NCBI GenBank assembly: GCA_022841445.1
Contig: JALHRM010000002.1
Span: 25,581-89,580, forward strand
DNA: 64,000 nt
Source: Candidatus Saccharimonadota bacterium
Lineage (GTDB): Bacteria; Patescibacteriota; Saccharimonadia; Saccharimonadales; UBA10212
Direction: 5' to 3'
The notes beneath the pieces were generated by a model. It saw nothing but the letters and a program-made list of their open reading frames with translations, was not told the DNA's origin and did not search any database. Numbering within the stretch: position 1 is the first letter of the stretch; every line of letters begins with the position of its first letter. Of this stretch, positions 46,384 to 54,578 are shown in pieces. Both the position numbers and the translations under genes were made by a program.

Positions 46384-46889
46384 TGAGTAGCCACGAACCA
46401 ATCGTAGGAATAATCATGGGGTCTGATTCAGATCTAGACATCATGCAAGCGGCGGCCGATACACTCGACGAATTTAATGTGCCACACGAGGTGCGAATCA
46501 TTTCCGCGCACCGCACACCGGACATTATGGCTGACTACGCAAATAGTTCGGCGGGCAGGGGATTAAGGGTGATCATTGCTGGGGCAGGTGGGTCAGCGCA
46601 TCTACCAGGAATGACTGCGTCACACACCACACTGCCGGTGATTGCCGTACCGATCAAGCGTGCTGAGACCGATCACGAAGCCTTGTGGTCGAATATCAAA
46701 ATGCCACCCGGTGTGCCACTCGCCACGCTTCCCGAAAATGGTGCGAGAAACGCCGCCTTATTTGCTATTGAAATTCTTGCACTTAATGATGATAAACTGC
46801 GTGAGTTGTATGAGAAATTCAAAACACGTCAGCGTGAAATGGTCATAGACACTGACCAAAAAATACGTGAAGAAACTTCCCAAAGCTAA
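46383..46889 (+). CDS. purE: N5-CAIR mutase
   Basis: 168 aa. VGIIMGSDSDL and AGGSAHLPGM motifs. The start overlaps the purK stop (TAATG). Confidence 0.9.
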   Translation: MSSHEPIVGIIMGSDSDLDIMQAAADTLDEFNVPHEVRIISAHRTPDIMADYANSSAGRGLRVIIAGAGGSAHLPGMTASHTTLPVIAVPIKRAETDHEALWSNIKMPPGVPLATLPENGARNAALFAIEILALNDDKLRELYEKFKTRQREMVIDTDQKIREETSQS

Positions 46890-46910
46890 GAAATGTTGTA
46901 AAATACCGAT

Positions 46911-47705
46911 ATGCGTTGTACTGAGCCCCTCAGGGGGAAGAGTTTGTTTGCTGCCGATTTTGATGGAACACTGTTCCTAACTTCGGAGCCGAGTCCTGAC
47001 GGCACGACTGTTAATAGTGCTTATTTTGATGCCATTGACTATCACATAGGAACAGATGCATCTGCAGAGTTTGCGGAGACTGGTGGGCATCGTCACCGAT
47101 CACCTGCCGAAATTGTACTTTCGCTGGTAGGTATAGAGAACGCAGCTCGAGTTGCTACATTGGAGGGTCGGATTACCACTACCAAATTAGAGATTTTAGA
47201 GGGGTGCATCGGCCAAAATCTTGACGACGGTGTGAAATGGCCGCGACCAATGAACGGCTTTCTTGAATTTTGGGCGAATCTGCAACAAGCAAGAAGCAGC
47301 GGGTATCCGATAGGATCAGCCATTATATCGGCAGGTCATACTTCGTTTATCAGTAGAACATTCCAGGCCCATGACTTGCTACCTCCTGATGTCCTGGTGA
47401 CTGACGATGTCAGACTTGGACTTGGGCTGACGACACCACTGGATCAACAAGTGAAGCCCGCCCCCTTTATGTTGCACCAAGCTCAGCGAGTTTGGATAGA
47501 GCAATATAGTCACAGTTCATCCGTCCCTAGAACAATTTATGTCGGCGACGACCCTGTTCGTGATGGTGGGATGGCGGCAAATGCAGGTGTGGAATTCGTG
47601 CTTATTTCTCAAGAGAATGCTTCCGATGCATGGGCAAGGATCTCCACTTTTCTAGGTCTTGGCACCACTGCCTTAAACGTGGCTGCAAACGGACACCAAA
47701 AATAG
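46911..47705 (+). CDS. HAD-superfamily hydrolase
   Basis: 264 aa. Motif I FAADFDGTLF and motif IV VGDDPVRDGGMA. Confidence 0.6.
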   Translation: MRCTEPLRGKSLFAADFDGTLFLTSEPSPDGTTVNSAYFDAIDYHIGTDASAEFAETGGHRHRSPAEIVLSLVGIENAARVATLEGRITTTKLEILEGCIGQNLDDGVKWPRPMNGFLEFWANLQQARSSGYPIGSAIISAGHTSFISRTFQAHDLLPPDVLVTDDVRLGLGLTTPLDQQVKPAPFMLHQAQRVWIEQYSHSSSVPRTIYVGDDPVRDGGMAANAGVEFVLISQENASDAWARISTFLGLGTTALNVAANGHQK

Positions 47706-48238
47706 TGAACAATTGGTATGTACTCACCGGCGGACCAAGTACCGGTAAATCTACCGTACTTAGTAGACTTGCTTCTGCCGGTTACACCATATTTGAAGAA
47801 GCCGCGCGGCTATACATAGACGAACAAATTGCCACAGGAAGAACTCTTTCTGACATTCGAGGCAACGAAAGAGAATTCCAAGAAAAAATCTTTGACATAA
47901 AGTCGGTTACTGAACAAAATCACGATGAAAGCGTCGTGTCGATATTTGAACGAGGCATCCCTGACAGTGTTGCCTATTACCAATACTACGGATGGCGTGT
48001 ACCAGAAAAGATGAAAAAGCTGGTCGGTGAAGCAGCTTACCGGAAAGTCTTTCTTCTTGATCCACTTAAAATATTTACTAAAGATTATGCTCGAACTGAA
48101 GACAAGCAGTTCACCGAAGATCTAGACGAACTCCTGTATAGCGCATATGCCGATTTAGGCATCGAAGTGGTCCGAGTCCCGCTCGTGCCAGTTAGCCAAA
48201 GAGTTAAGCTTATTATCGAGCATATTCAAAACGACTAA
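47705..48238 (+). CDS. P-loop ATPase/kinase (AAA_28, NadR-kinase-like)
   Basis: WYVLTGGPSTGKST Walker A and small size. GTG 47705 overlaps the upstream TAG (TAGTG). The ORF-track ATG 47630 lies inside the HAD gene. Confidence 0.55.
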   Translation: MNNWYVLTGGPSTGKSTVLSRLASAGYTIFEEAARLYIDEQIATGRTLSDIRGNEREFQEKIFDIKSVTEQNHDESVVSIFERGIPDSVAYYQYYGWRVPEKMKKLVGEAAYRKVFLLDPLKIFTKDYARTEDKQFTEDLDELLYSAYADLGIEVVRVPLVPVSQRVKLIIEHIQND

Positions 48239-48320
48239 ACACAGTTTATTTTCAGGCATTAGCATCTATAATTATGCATGTATAATAAGTAATAACGACG
48301 TTACATAACTAGAGGATACG

Positions 48321-49787
48321 GTGTCAAAGCAACAATACCTTACTGATTATTTGCATAAAAACGCTGCGAATCACCCCGATAAAACAGCTCTTGTTTTTAA
48401 TGATGAGGTTTTTACCTGGCAACAACTTGATGATTTAGTGGTTACTGCAAGCGCAGCATTGGCTGACAAAGTGCCCAGTGACAAGCAGTGTGTTATCGGC
48501 CTGCTATTTGCCAACGGCTGGGAATTCATCGTAGCTTATTTGGCAATATTGGACCGCGGCCATATTGCCATGCCATTTGATGTTACGCACAAAGCTCTCG
48601 AAATCGGCGCGATTATTGATCAGATGAAACCGCAGCTCATCATCACTAACAATCGCCAAAAATCAGTCTTGCCAGCTAGCCACCCGACAATATTACTTTC
48701 TGAACTACTTAATACTGATAAGCCCGCTACTGAAGGCCTGCGGCTTACTCCGGAGACACAAATAGCCACACTATTATTTACCTCGGGCACAACCGGAAAG
48801 CCAAAGGCCACACCTTACACCCATGCTAATCACATATGGAATATCAAAGTTACTTCAAAAGTAGTGCATTGGAATAACGACGATACGATGCTGCTGTCAT
48901 TGCCGCTTTCCCATTGGCACGGACTCGTTATGGGCTTATCTGGCATTATTTATCATGGTAATACTTTGTACCTGCATGAACGTTTCGACCCAGTAAAAAC
49001 ACTCCAAGCTCTTTCTAGCGGCAACATCAGTATTTACACACACATTTCCATTGCATATATAGAAATGGTAAAGCAACCAGAATCCGCCGACTATGATGTC
49101 AGTAATGTAAAGGTACTCATATCGGCTTCATCGGCTCTTCCTCCGGCTGTGTCAGAAGAATTCAAGCGACGCTTTCACCACGATATTTTAGAGTGTTACG
49201 GGTCGAGCGAAACAGGGAGAATCGCCAGCAATACACCAGAAGATCTACACATAGGCACACCGGGCAAGCTACTCCCCGGAGTTAAAGCTCGAGTAAATAA
49301 AGATAATGAGCTGGAGATAGTTTCTCCAGGATTATTCCCGGGTTACTACAATAACGATCTAGCAACAAAAGAAAAATTTACACCCGATGGCTGGTGGAAG
49401 ACTGGTGATATTGTAGAACTAAAAGATGGCTATTTGCTACTGAAGGGCAGGATACAAGAACGCATTAAGCGAAATGGTTTAACCCTTTACCCACGAGATA
49501 TTGAGTGGGCGCTCATGCAACATCCAAAAATGAAAGAAGCATTCGTAATGGGAGTGCAGCAGCAGTACAACCCTAGCGATACGCTGGTCTACTTTTTGGT
49601 AACAACACTGAGCGTAGGTGAAGTAGTTGATTTTTCGAAACAATCATTGCCTGCTGCCTGGCGAGCAGACCATATACTAATTCTTGATATTTTTCCGAAA
49701 CTGAGTAATGGCAAACCAAAACTGGGTGAGCTTAAAAAAATGGCCGAACAGCGCATCGGTGATGCAACATCGGAGCGACCCAAGTAA
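48321..49787 (+). CDS. adenylate-forming enzyme (acyl-CoA/acyl-AMP ligase family)
   Basis: 488 aa. LLFTSGTTGKPKA, YGSSETG and GWWKTGDI core motifs. GTG start. Confidence 0.8.
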   Translation: MSKQQYLTDYLHKNAANHPDKTALVFNDEVFTWQQLDDLVVTASAALADKVPSDKQCVIGLLFANGWEFIVAYLAILDRGHIAMPFDVTHKALEIGAIIDQMKPQLIITNNRQKSVLPASHPTILLSELLNTDKPATEGLRLTPETQIATLLFTSGTTGKPKATPYTHANHIWNIKVTSKVVHWNNDDTMLLSLPLSHWHGLVMGLSGIIYHGNTLYLHERFDPVKTLQALSSGNISIYTHISIAYIEMVKQPESADYDVSNVKVLISASSALPPAVSEEFKRRFHHDILECYGSSETGRIASNTPEDLHIGTPGKLLPGVKARVNKDNELEIVSPGLFPGYYNNDLATKEKFTPDGWWKTGDIVELKDGYLLLKGRIQERIKRNGLTLYPRDIEWALMQHPKMKEAFVMGVQQQYNPSDTLVYFLVTTLSVGEVVDFSKQSLPAAWRADHILILDIFPKLSNGKPKLGELKKMAEQRIGDATSERPK

Positions 49788-49789
49788 AA

Positions 49790-50977
49790 ATGGCGCTTGC
49801 TAAGAAGAAAAAATCAGAGCGAATTTTAGCATTCGATATCCTGCGAGGTATTTTTCTACTCATCATTTTGGTTAATCATGTCGAACTGTACCCCAGTATT
49901 TTTGATTTTTTTACCGGTAGAGGGCGTTTGTTCGTTTCTGCCGCCGAGGGATTTTTCTTCCTATCAGGGTTGCTTGTCAGTATTGTGTACCGCCGCCGAA
50001 TCGCCTACGGTATGCGGTTTATCCTGTTCGCTATGTGGCGCAGAGCAGTAATTCTGTACTTTTCGGCGGTCGGACTAGCACTGTTGTTTACCGCCTGGGG
50101 GGCATCGGCAGGTGGGCGATTCATCAAGGATGGTTTACCGCCATTGCCCATTGATTGGCCAGCGCTTATCGTAGAAACGCTGCGACTCCAATACAATTTC
50201 GGCTGGGCAGATTTTTTACCGCACTATGCCGTTTTCATGATTTTTGCACCACTCGTTTTTTGGTTACTACTAAAAGGTAAGTGGTGGGTGGCGCTAGCTC
50301 TCAGCATTGCTGTCTGGGCTTTTCGGGGTGATGAGTTTACACCAGCGTGGCAACTTATCTTTATGACCGGCATGATAGTTGGATACCATTGGGAAGATAT
50401 CAAAAACTGGTACATGGGCTTGGCGACGCATCGCAAGACCTTAATTCACTACAGCGTATTCTGGGTCACGGCAGTTACATTCATATTCACGTATACGGGA
50501 GTGTACGTCCTATCATTTCTTAATGCGCACATTGAGAAACTACCGGATTGGGCACAGTCCTTCACGCTCAACTGGAATGTTGTTCATGAAATAATTTGGC
50601 GAGCGTTTTCAAAGTGGACGCTTGGCCCGGGCAGAGTACTGCTATTTTATGTATGGTTTCTAGCTGCCTTCTACCTCGTTGTCCGTTATGAAAAACAAAT
50701 TACCAAAGCAACTCGCGGGGTGGTAACTATGCTAGGTCAAAACAGTTTGTTTGTGTACGTTACCCACGCTTTTATTATTTTTACGCTCCGCTATTACTAT
50801 CAGGACAACAGCAACATCGCTATAAACTTTTTGGTTACACTGGCTGCGGTAGTGCTTATATGTGCAATTACGTACGGGCATGTGCAGCTTAAAAAGCGTG
50901 CTACTAGCAGGGGGACAACTCCGATCAAGCTGGTCATCGCTGAATCCAAGAAGCGTGTTTTCGGTACCAGTCCCTGA
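49790..50977 (+). CDS. polytopic membrane acyltransferase-3 / OpgC-like protein
   Basis: 395 aa with about 10 TM helices. The N-terminal RILAFDILRGIFLLIILVNH motif is typical of acyltransferase_3/DUF1624-type proteins. It starts 2 nt after the ligase stop. Confidence 0.5.
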   Translation: MALAKKKKSERILAFDILRGIFLLIILVNHVELYPSIFDFFTGRGRLFVSAAEGFFFLSGLLVSIVYRRRIAYGMRFILFAMWRRAVILYFSAVGLALLFTAWGASAGGRFIKDGLPPLPIDWPALIVETLRLQYNFGWADFLPHYAVFMIFAPLVFWLLLKGKWWVALALSIAVWAFRGDEFTPAWQLIFMTGMIVGYHWEDIKNWYMGLATHRKTLIHYSVFWVTAVTFIFTYTGVYVLSFLNAHIEKLPDWAQSFTLNWNVVHEIIWRAFSKWTLGPGRVLLFYVWFLAAFYLVVRYEKQITKATRGVVTMLGQNSLFVYVTHAFIIFTLRYYYQDNSNIAINFLVTLAAVVLICAITYGHVQLKKRATSRGTTPIKLVIAESKKRVFGTSP

Positions 50978-50980
50978 CGA

Positions 50981-52057
50981 TTATCTATGCTTTAAGTAGT
51001 TGATCGAATCACGATGAATAGATTCACGCTCAGCACCAAGCCCATGATCTCCATTATCGTAGTAGCGGTATAGGTAGGCTTTACCACTCGATTCAAGCGC
51101 ATTCGCGAGATCATCAGAAAAACTTGGCGGCACAATCCGATCTTGACCTCCCACGTATATTTGCACACGCGCTTGCATGCGATCCAAAAAGAATATTGGT
51201 GATGCACTGTGCCAAAAATTTTCATTAGTAAGCGGCGTGCCGTATTTTTTTATGACTTGGTCGCGCACTTTCTTTGAAACCGGATTAATCCGGTCAGACG
51301 GCGGATAATAGCGCGTATACAGATCAAAAATACTGCCGACTGGTGCAGCCAATAGGATGATGTCTTTGATGTCTGGCGACAAGACTGCAGCCCTCAGGGC
51401 AAGGTAGCCACCCATACTATGTCCCCATACTGCTATATTGCCACTATCAAAAGAGGGCACTGCTTTTAGCCCAGCAATCAGGCTCAAAATGTCGGTGTTA
51501 TACGCCATTGAAAAATATGCGCCCTCAGCCAAGCCTTCAGAATTACCATTGCCTCTAAAGTCTGGACGAATAACCGCATAGCCATTCCTGGCATAAAATT
51601 CCATATCACCTAAATAGGCGTCACCTCTTGTTTTGTAGTGTGATGGGCGTACAAAACCGTGCAATAACAGCATTACCGGAAAACCTTCAGACGGTGGAGC
51701 GCTGTTTGGTAATACCACATAGGCATACTGTCTAAACCCGTCGGAACTGTAGCTGATTAGTTTATGTGACAATTCCCGCTGGACGCCCAAATCAAGCACT
51801 TCAGTTATACGACTGTCTGCGTACGTAGCCTGAGAGGCAACCCTGAGGTCAAGACTGGCCGCCTTGCTGGTGTTAGATTTTTCCTCAGCCTTCGACAGCG
51901 CTTCTTCTAAAGCCACATGCTCCATGTACTGGTTTAAGCCTATACCGAAGCACAAGATACTAGCTAAAGTGATTAAAATACCATATAAGACTCGATATTT
52001 GTGAGCGGGTTGTTTTTTATGTTTTAACCCGCGTTTTACTTGCGGTTTTTTTGGCAT
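50981..52057 (-). CDS. membrane-anchored alpha/beta hydrolase (S9 / dienelactone-hydrolase-like)
   Basis: 358 aa. N-terminal TM helix, GHSMGG nucleophile elbow, and a late D and H (DNGDHGL). Confidence 0.7.
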   Translation of the reverse strand: MPKKPQVKRGLKHKKQPAHKYRVLYGILITLASILCFGIGLNQYMEHVALEEALSKAEEKSNTSKAASLDLRVASQATYADSRITEVLDLGVQRELSHKLISYSSDGFRQYAYVVLPNSAPPSEGFPVMLLLHGFVRPSHYKTRGDAYLGDMEFYARNGYAVIRPDFRGNGNSEGLAEGAYFSMAYNTDILSLIAGLKAVPSFDSGNIAVWGHSMGGYLALRAAVLSPDIKDIILLAAPVGSIFDLYTRYYPPSDRINPVSKKVRDQVIKKYGTPLTNENFWHSASPIFFLDRMQARVQIYVGGQDRIVPPSFSDDLANALESSGKAYLYRYYDNGDHGLGAERESIHRDSINYLKHR

Positions 52058-52093
52058 TACCTGTTTAGTATACAGATTCAGTGTTCACGCAGT

Positions 52094-52246
52094 CTACATC
52101 CGGCGGGATTGTTCCTCAATAGCTTGGGCTTCAGACTCCATGCGCTTGGCTGATTCGTTGGCTTGGTCTACCGCCTTAAGAAGTTCAGTCCGCTGTGTTT
52201 CCAGCTGAGCGATGTGACGTTGCTGCTCTTCTGCCTGTGTTTTCAT
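52094..52246 (-). CDS. small coiled-coil ORF (50 aa), overlapping the previous ORF in the +1 frame
   Basis: MKTQAEEQQRHIAQLETQRTELLKAVDQANESAKRMESEAQAIEEQSRRM. Heptad-like and charged. Weak SD. Confidence 0.3.
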   Translation of the reverse strand: MKTQAEEQQRHIAQLETQRTELLKAVDQANESAKRMESEAQAIEEQSRRM

Positions 52247-52328
52247 CTTTTAAAGCTTCGTTCATATGATTCTTTGCTGCATCACGCAACTTCTGGGCAC
52301 TCATCATCAAATCATCTTTTGTTCCCAT
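52185..52328 (-). CDS. small ORF (47 aa), helical N-terminus
   Basis: Not in the ORF track (under 60 aa). ATG preceded by AAGGAAG at a 4-nt spacing. Sequence MGTKDDLMMSAQKLRDAAKNHMNEALKD... Confidence 0.35.
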   Translation of the reverse strand: MGTKDDLMMSAQKLRDAAKNHMNEALKDENTGRRAATSHRSAGNTAD

Positions 52329-52733
52329 ATAGCTTCCTTATCTATCAATACTATTTAACATTAGGGTGTTGGTTTTTATACTTTCCCACAAACACCGTTT
52401 CAAAAATGTAAGAATATTTATAGTTTATTGATGGTCATGTTTCTATGCTTGATAATAGCTGCTGGTGCAAACTGGTGGCAAAACTAACTACGGTTGAGTA
52501 CGTAAGTGCGCCTTACACTCTTGTCTACTCAACATCAGTCATCCAGGGAAGCGAGTTCTGCATTGTCGCTGCGGTGTATAATGACTACCCGGCGTAAATA
52601 ATAACAATTGCGATGAACTTGCTTCTCCCAATTTGTGCATCAGTGATGGCAGAGGTAAGTTTATCGTTTTATATGTTTAGCGTTATAATTTGTGAGAGTT
52701 AGGTAATATCAAAATGTATTTGGATAAAATTTT

Positions 52734-53114
52734 ATGGTAAAACCGGCTACTATCCTTATTGTTGAAGATGAAAAGACACTAAACGATGCCTACACGACAA
52801 TTTTAACGAAAGAAAACTACACGGTGTTAAGTGCTCATGACGGTGAAGAAGCGCTTACCATATTAAAAAAATCGACTCCTGACGTAATTTTGCTTGACCT
52901 GCGGATGCCGAATGTTGATGGTATTGAATTTTTGAAACGCTACAAGGTGTTGTCATTGTCAAGAAAGCCGCACATAATCGTATTTAGTAACCTCGATATG
53001 CAAAAAGAAATAGACCAAGCGTACGAACTAGGTGCCAATAAATACATTCTTAAAGCATGGGCATCGCCTAAAGAACTAGTTCGACTGGTTGCCGACGCCG
53101 TGGCAGCAAAATAA
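52734..53114 (+). CDS. stand-alone response-regulator receiver (CheY-like)
   Basis: 126 aa. ILIVEDE, VILLDLRMP (phospho-Asp) and the K of the KP motif. No output domain. Confidence 0.88.
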   Translation: MVKPATILIVEDEKTLNDAYTTILTKENYTVLSAHDGEEALTILKKSTPDVILLDLRMPNVDGIEFLKRYKVLSLSRKPHIIVFSNLDMQKEIDQAYELGANKYILKAWASPKELVRLVADAVAAK

Positions 53115-53125
53115 ATTTCGCGTTT

Positions 53126-53788
53126 TTACAGAACAAGATCCTTAAAATTCTCTTCACCGAGGTGACGACTTAGTTTATCTACTTCCACAAGGTACTTTGC
53201 GCCTTTATAGGTGACTATACCTTTTTTCTTGAGTTTGCTTAGCTCAACGGCTGTCGTTTCTCTGGTAAGTCCAACAAGACTAGCAATAAGTTGATGAGTG
53301 ATGCGCATCTTTATCACTACTAGTCCCGGCACAACTTCTTTGCCGTAGCGTCTCGCTAGGTAGTATATGGTGTGCAGTATCTTATCTGCCGCCTTGGTCT
53401 GCTCTAACGCCGTTATACGCATTAGTGCAGCAGTATAGGATCCGATATAGTAATCCATTAATTCCTGGCGAACATGATCATTGCTATTAATATAATCAGT
53501 TAATTGTTGTTTGGTGGCAGCATATAATTCGGTATCTACAAGCGTTTCGTAGTAATGCATAGTGCTTACCGAACGGTTAAATATCCAATCAGTGGGCAAT
53601 AGTTCGCCGTCCATGTGAAAGGTTGCAACGCGCTCTTCACCTTGCTGCGTAATACTATATGCCTTAATAAGACCTTTTTTGATAATCAACGCCTCGCGCG
53701 GCACTTCACCCTGATATAAAACAACACTGCCTTTTGGCACAGATCGCTTTGTACAAACAGGTAATAACCCTTTAAAACTATTTAGCAT
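53126..53788 (-). CDS. Crp/Fnr-family transcription regulator
   Basis: 220 aa. cNMP-binding beta-barrel region plus a C-terminal HTH (THQLIASLVGLTRETTAVELSKLKKKG). Confidence 0.85.
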   Translation of the reverse strand: MLNSFKGLLPVCTKRSVPKGSVVLYQGEVPREALIIKKGLIKAYSITQQGEERVATFHMDGELLPTDWIFNRSVSTMHYYETLVDTELYAATKQQLTDYINSNDHVRQELMDYYIGSYTAALMRITALEQTKAADKILHTIYYLARRYGKEVVPGLVVIKMRITHQLIASLVGLTRETTAVELSKLKKKGIVTYKGAKYLVEVDKLSRHLGEENFKDLVL

Positions 53789-53853
53789 CCCGTCCTGTCA
53801 CTGTCTACATTAATCCTCATATTCATTGTACCGTACAGGCACGATGCGATTGT

Positions 53854-53869
53854 TGTAATGAACCTTACA
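53854..53869. promoter_or_regulatory. perfect TGTAA-N6-TTACA palindrome (candidate Crp-family operator)
   Basis: TGTAATGAACCTTACA lies 66 nt upstream of the crp-like start, in the divergent intergenic region. Its geometry is the same as the CRP consensus TGTGA-N6-TCACA. Confidence 0.45.
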
Positions 53870-53949
53870 GCATTTAAAACATTACACCGATAATCTATAC
53901 AGTAGTAAGCAATGCTTGCTATCAAATCAACTAAAGTGGGAGGGTAAAA

Positions 53950-54129
53950 ATGTCAGGTATCGTAACCACTAAAACTGAAAAACAAATTGATGCGTTTCTT
54001 GCTCGCAAGCGCAACAAATATCCGGACTTATTCATATCGTCGGTCGATGACGTATTAAACGACCTCGACGAAACATTGCCAAAGAAGAATAAACTACACA
54101 CTGTTTTTCGTCCTTCAGTAGCAATGTAA
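53950..54129 (+). CDS. small hypothetical protein (59 aa)
   Basis: Not in the ORF track. ATG preceded by GGGAGGG at a 6-nt spacing. Sequence [28 protein letters not shown]... Confidence 0.4.
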   Translation: MSGIVTTKTEKQIDAFLARKRNKYPDLFISSVDDVLNDLDETLPKKNKLHTVFRPSVAM

Positions 54130-54148
54130 ACATCATCAGGAACAAAAT

Positions 54149-54406
54149 ATGCTAGATATTATAGTTTGGATTATATTTGGTGCGTTAGCCGGTTGGATAG
54201 CTTCAATGATTATGCGCACTAATGATCAGCAAGGGGCAATCGCTAACATTGTCGTAGGAATTGTTGGTGCAGTCGTTGGTGGATTTATCATGCGTGCAAT
54301 CGGTTCATCGGGGGTAACAGGCTTTAATATACGTAGTCTGCTGGTAGCAATACTTGGAGCCGTAGTACTGCTGGCGATTGTCAAAATGTTCCGCCGAGCC
54401 TCTTAA
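54149..54406 (+). CDS. GlsB/YeaQ/YmgE-family (transglycosylase-associated) small membrane protein
   Basis: 85 aa with three Gly-rich TM helices. [14 protein letters not shown] motif. Confidence 0.8.
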   Translation: MLDIIVWIIFGALAGWIASMIMRTNDQQGAIANIVVGIVGAVVGGFIMRAIGSSGVTGFNIRSLLVAILGAVVLLAIVKMFRRAS

Positions 54407-54458
54407 AAATTAAGAATTTAAACTTAAGTGTTGTGTTTACAAATGGAGGTAGATGATT

Positions 54459-54560
54459 GTGAGTAAAACACATCGATTCGTGGGTAATGCGGATAGGCGA
54501 CGAGATCCGTATAAGCGGGAACGTGCACAATGGGAATACGGTGAAGATTTTCCAAATTAA
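54459..54560 (+). CDS. very small basic ORF (33 aa), tentative
   Basis: GGAGG 9 nt before the GTG. Sequence VSKTHRFVGNADRRRDPYKRERAQWEYGEDFPN. Confidence 0.25.
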   Translation: MSKTHRFVGNADRRRDPYKRERAQWEYGEDFPN

Positions 54561-54578
54561 CCCATATACTACTGTAAT

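Noticed and set aside
52185-52260. Programmed -1 frameshift at the slippery-looking U UUA AAA heptamer, joining the two coiled-coil mini-ORFs.
   Set aside because: Working through the frames, a -1 slip reads AGA UGA and terminates at once. The second ORF is in the +1 frame, so the heptamer cannot join them.
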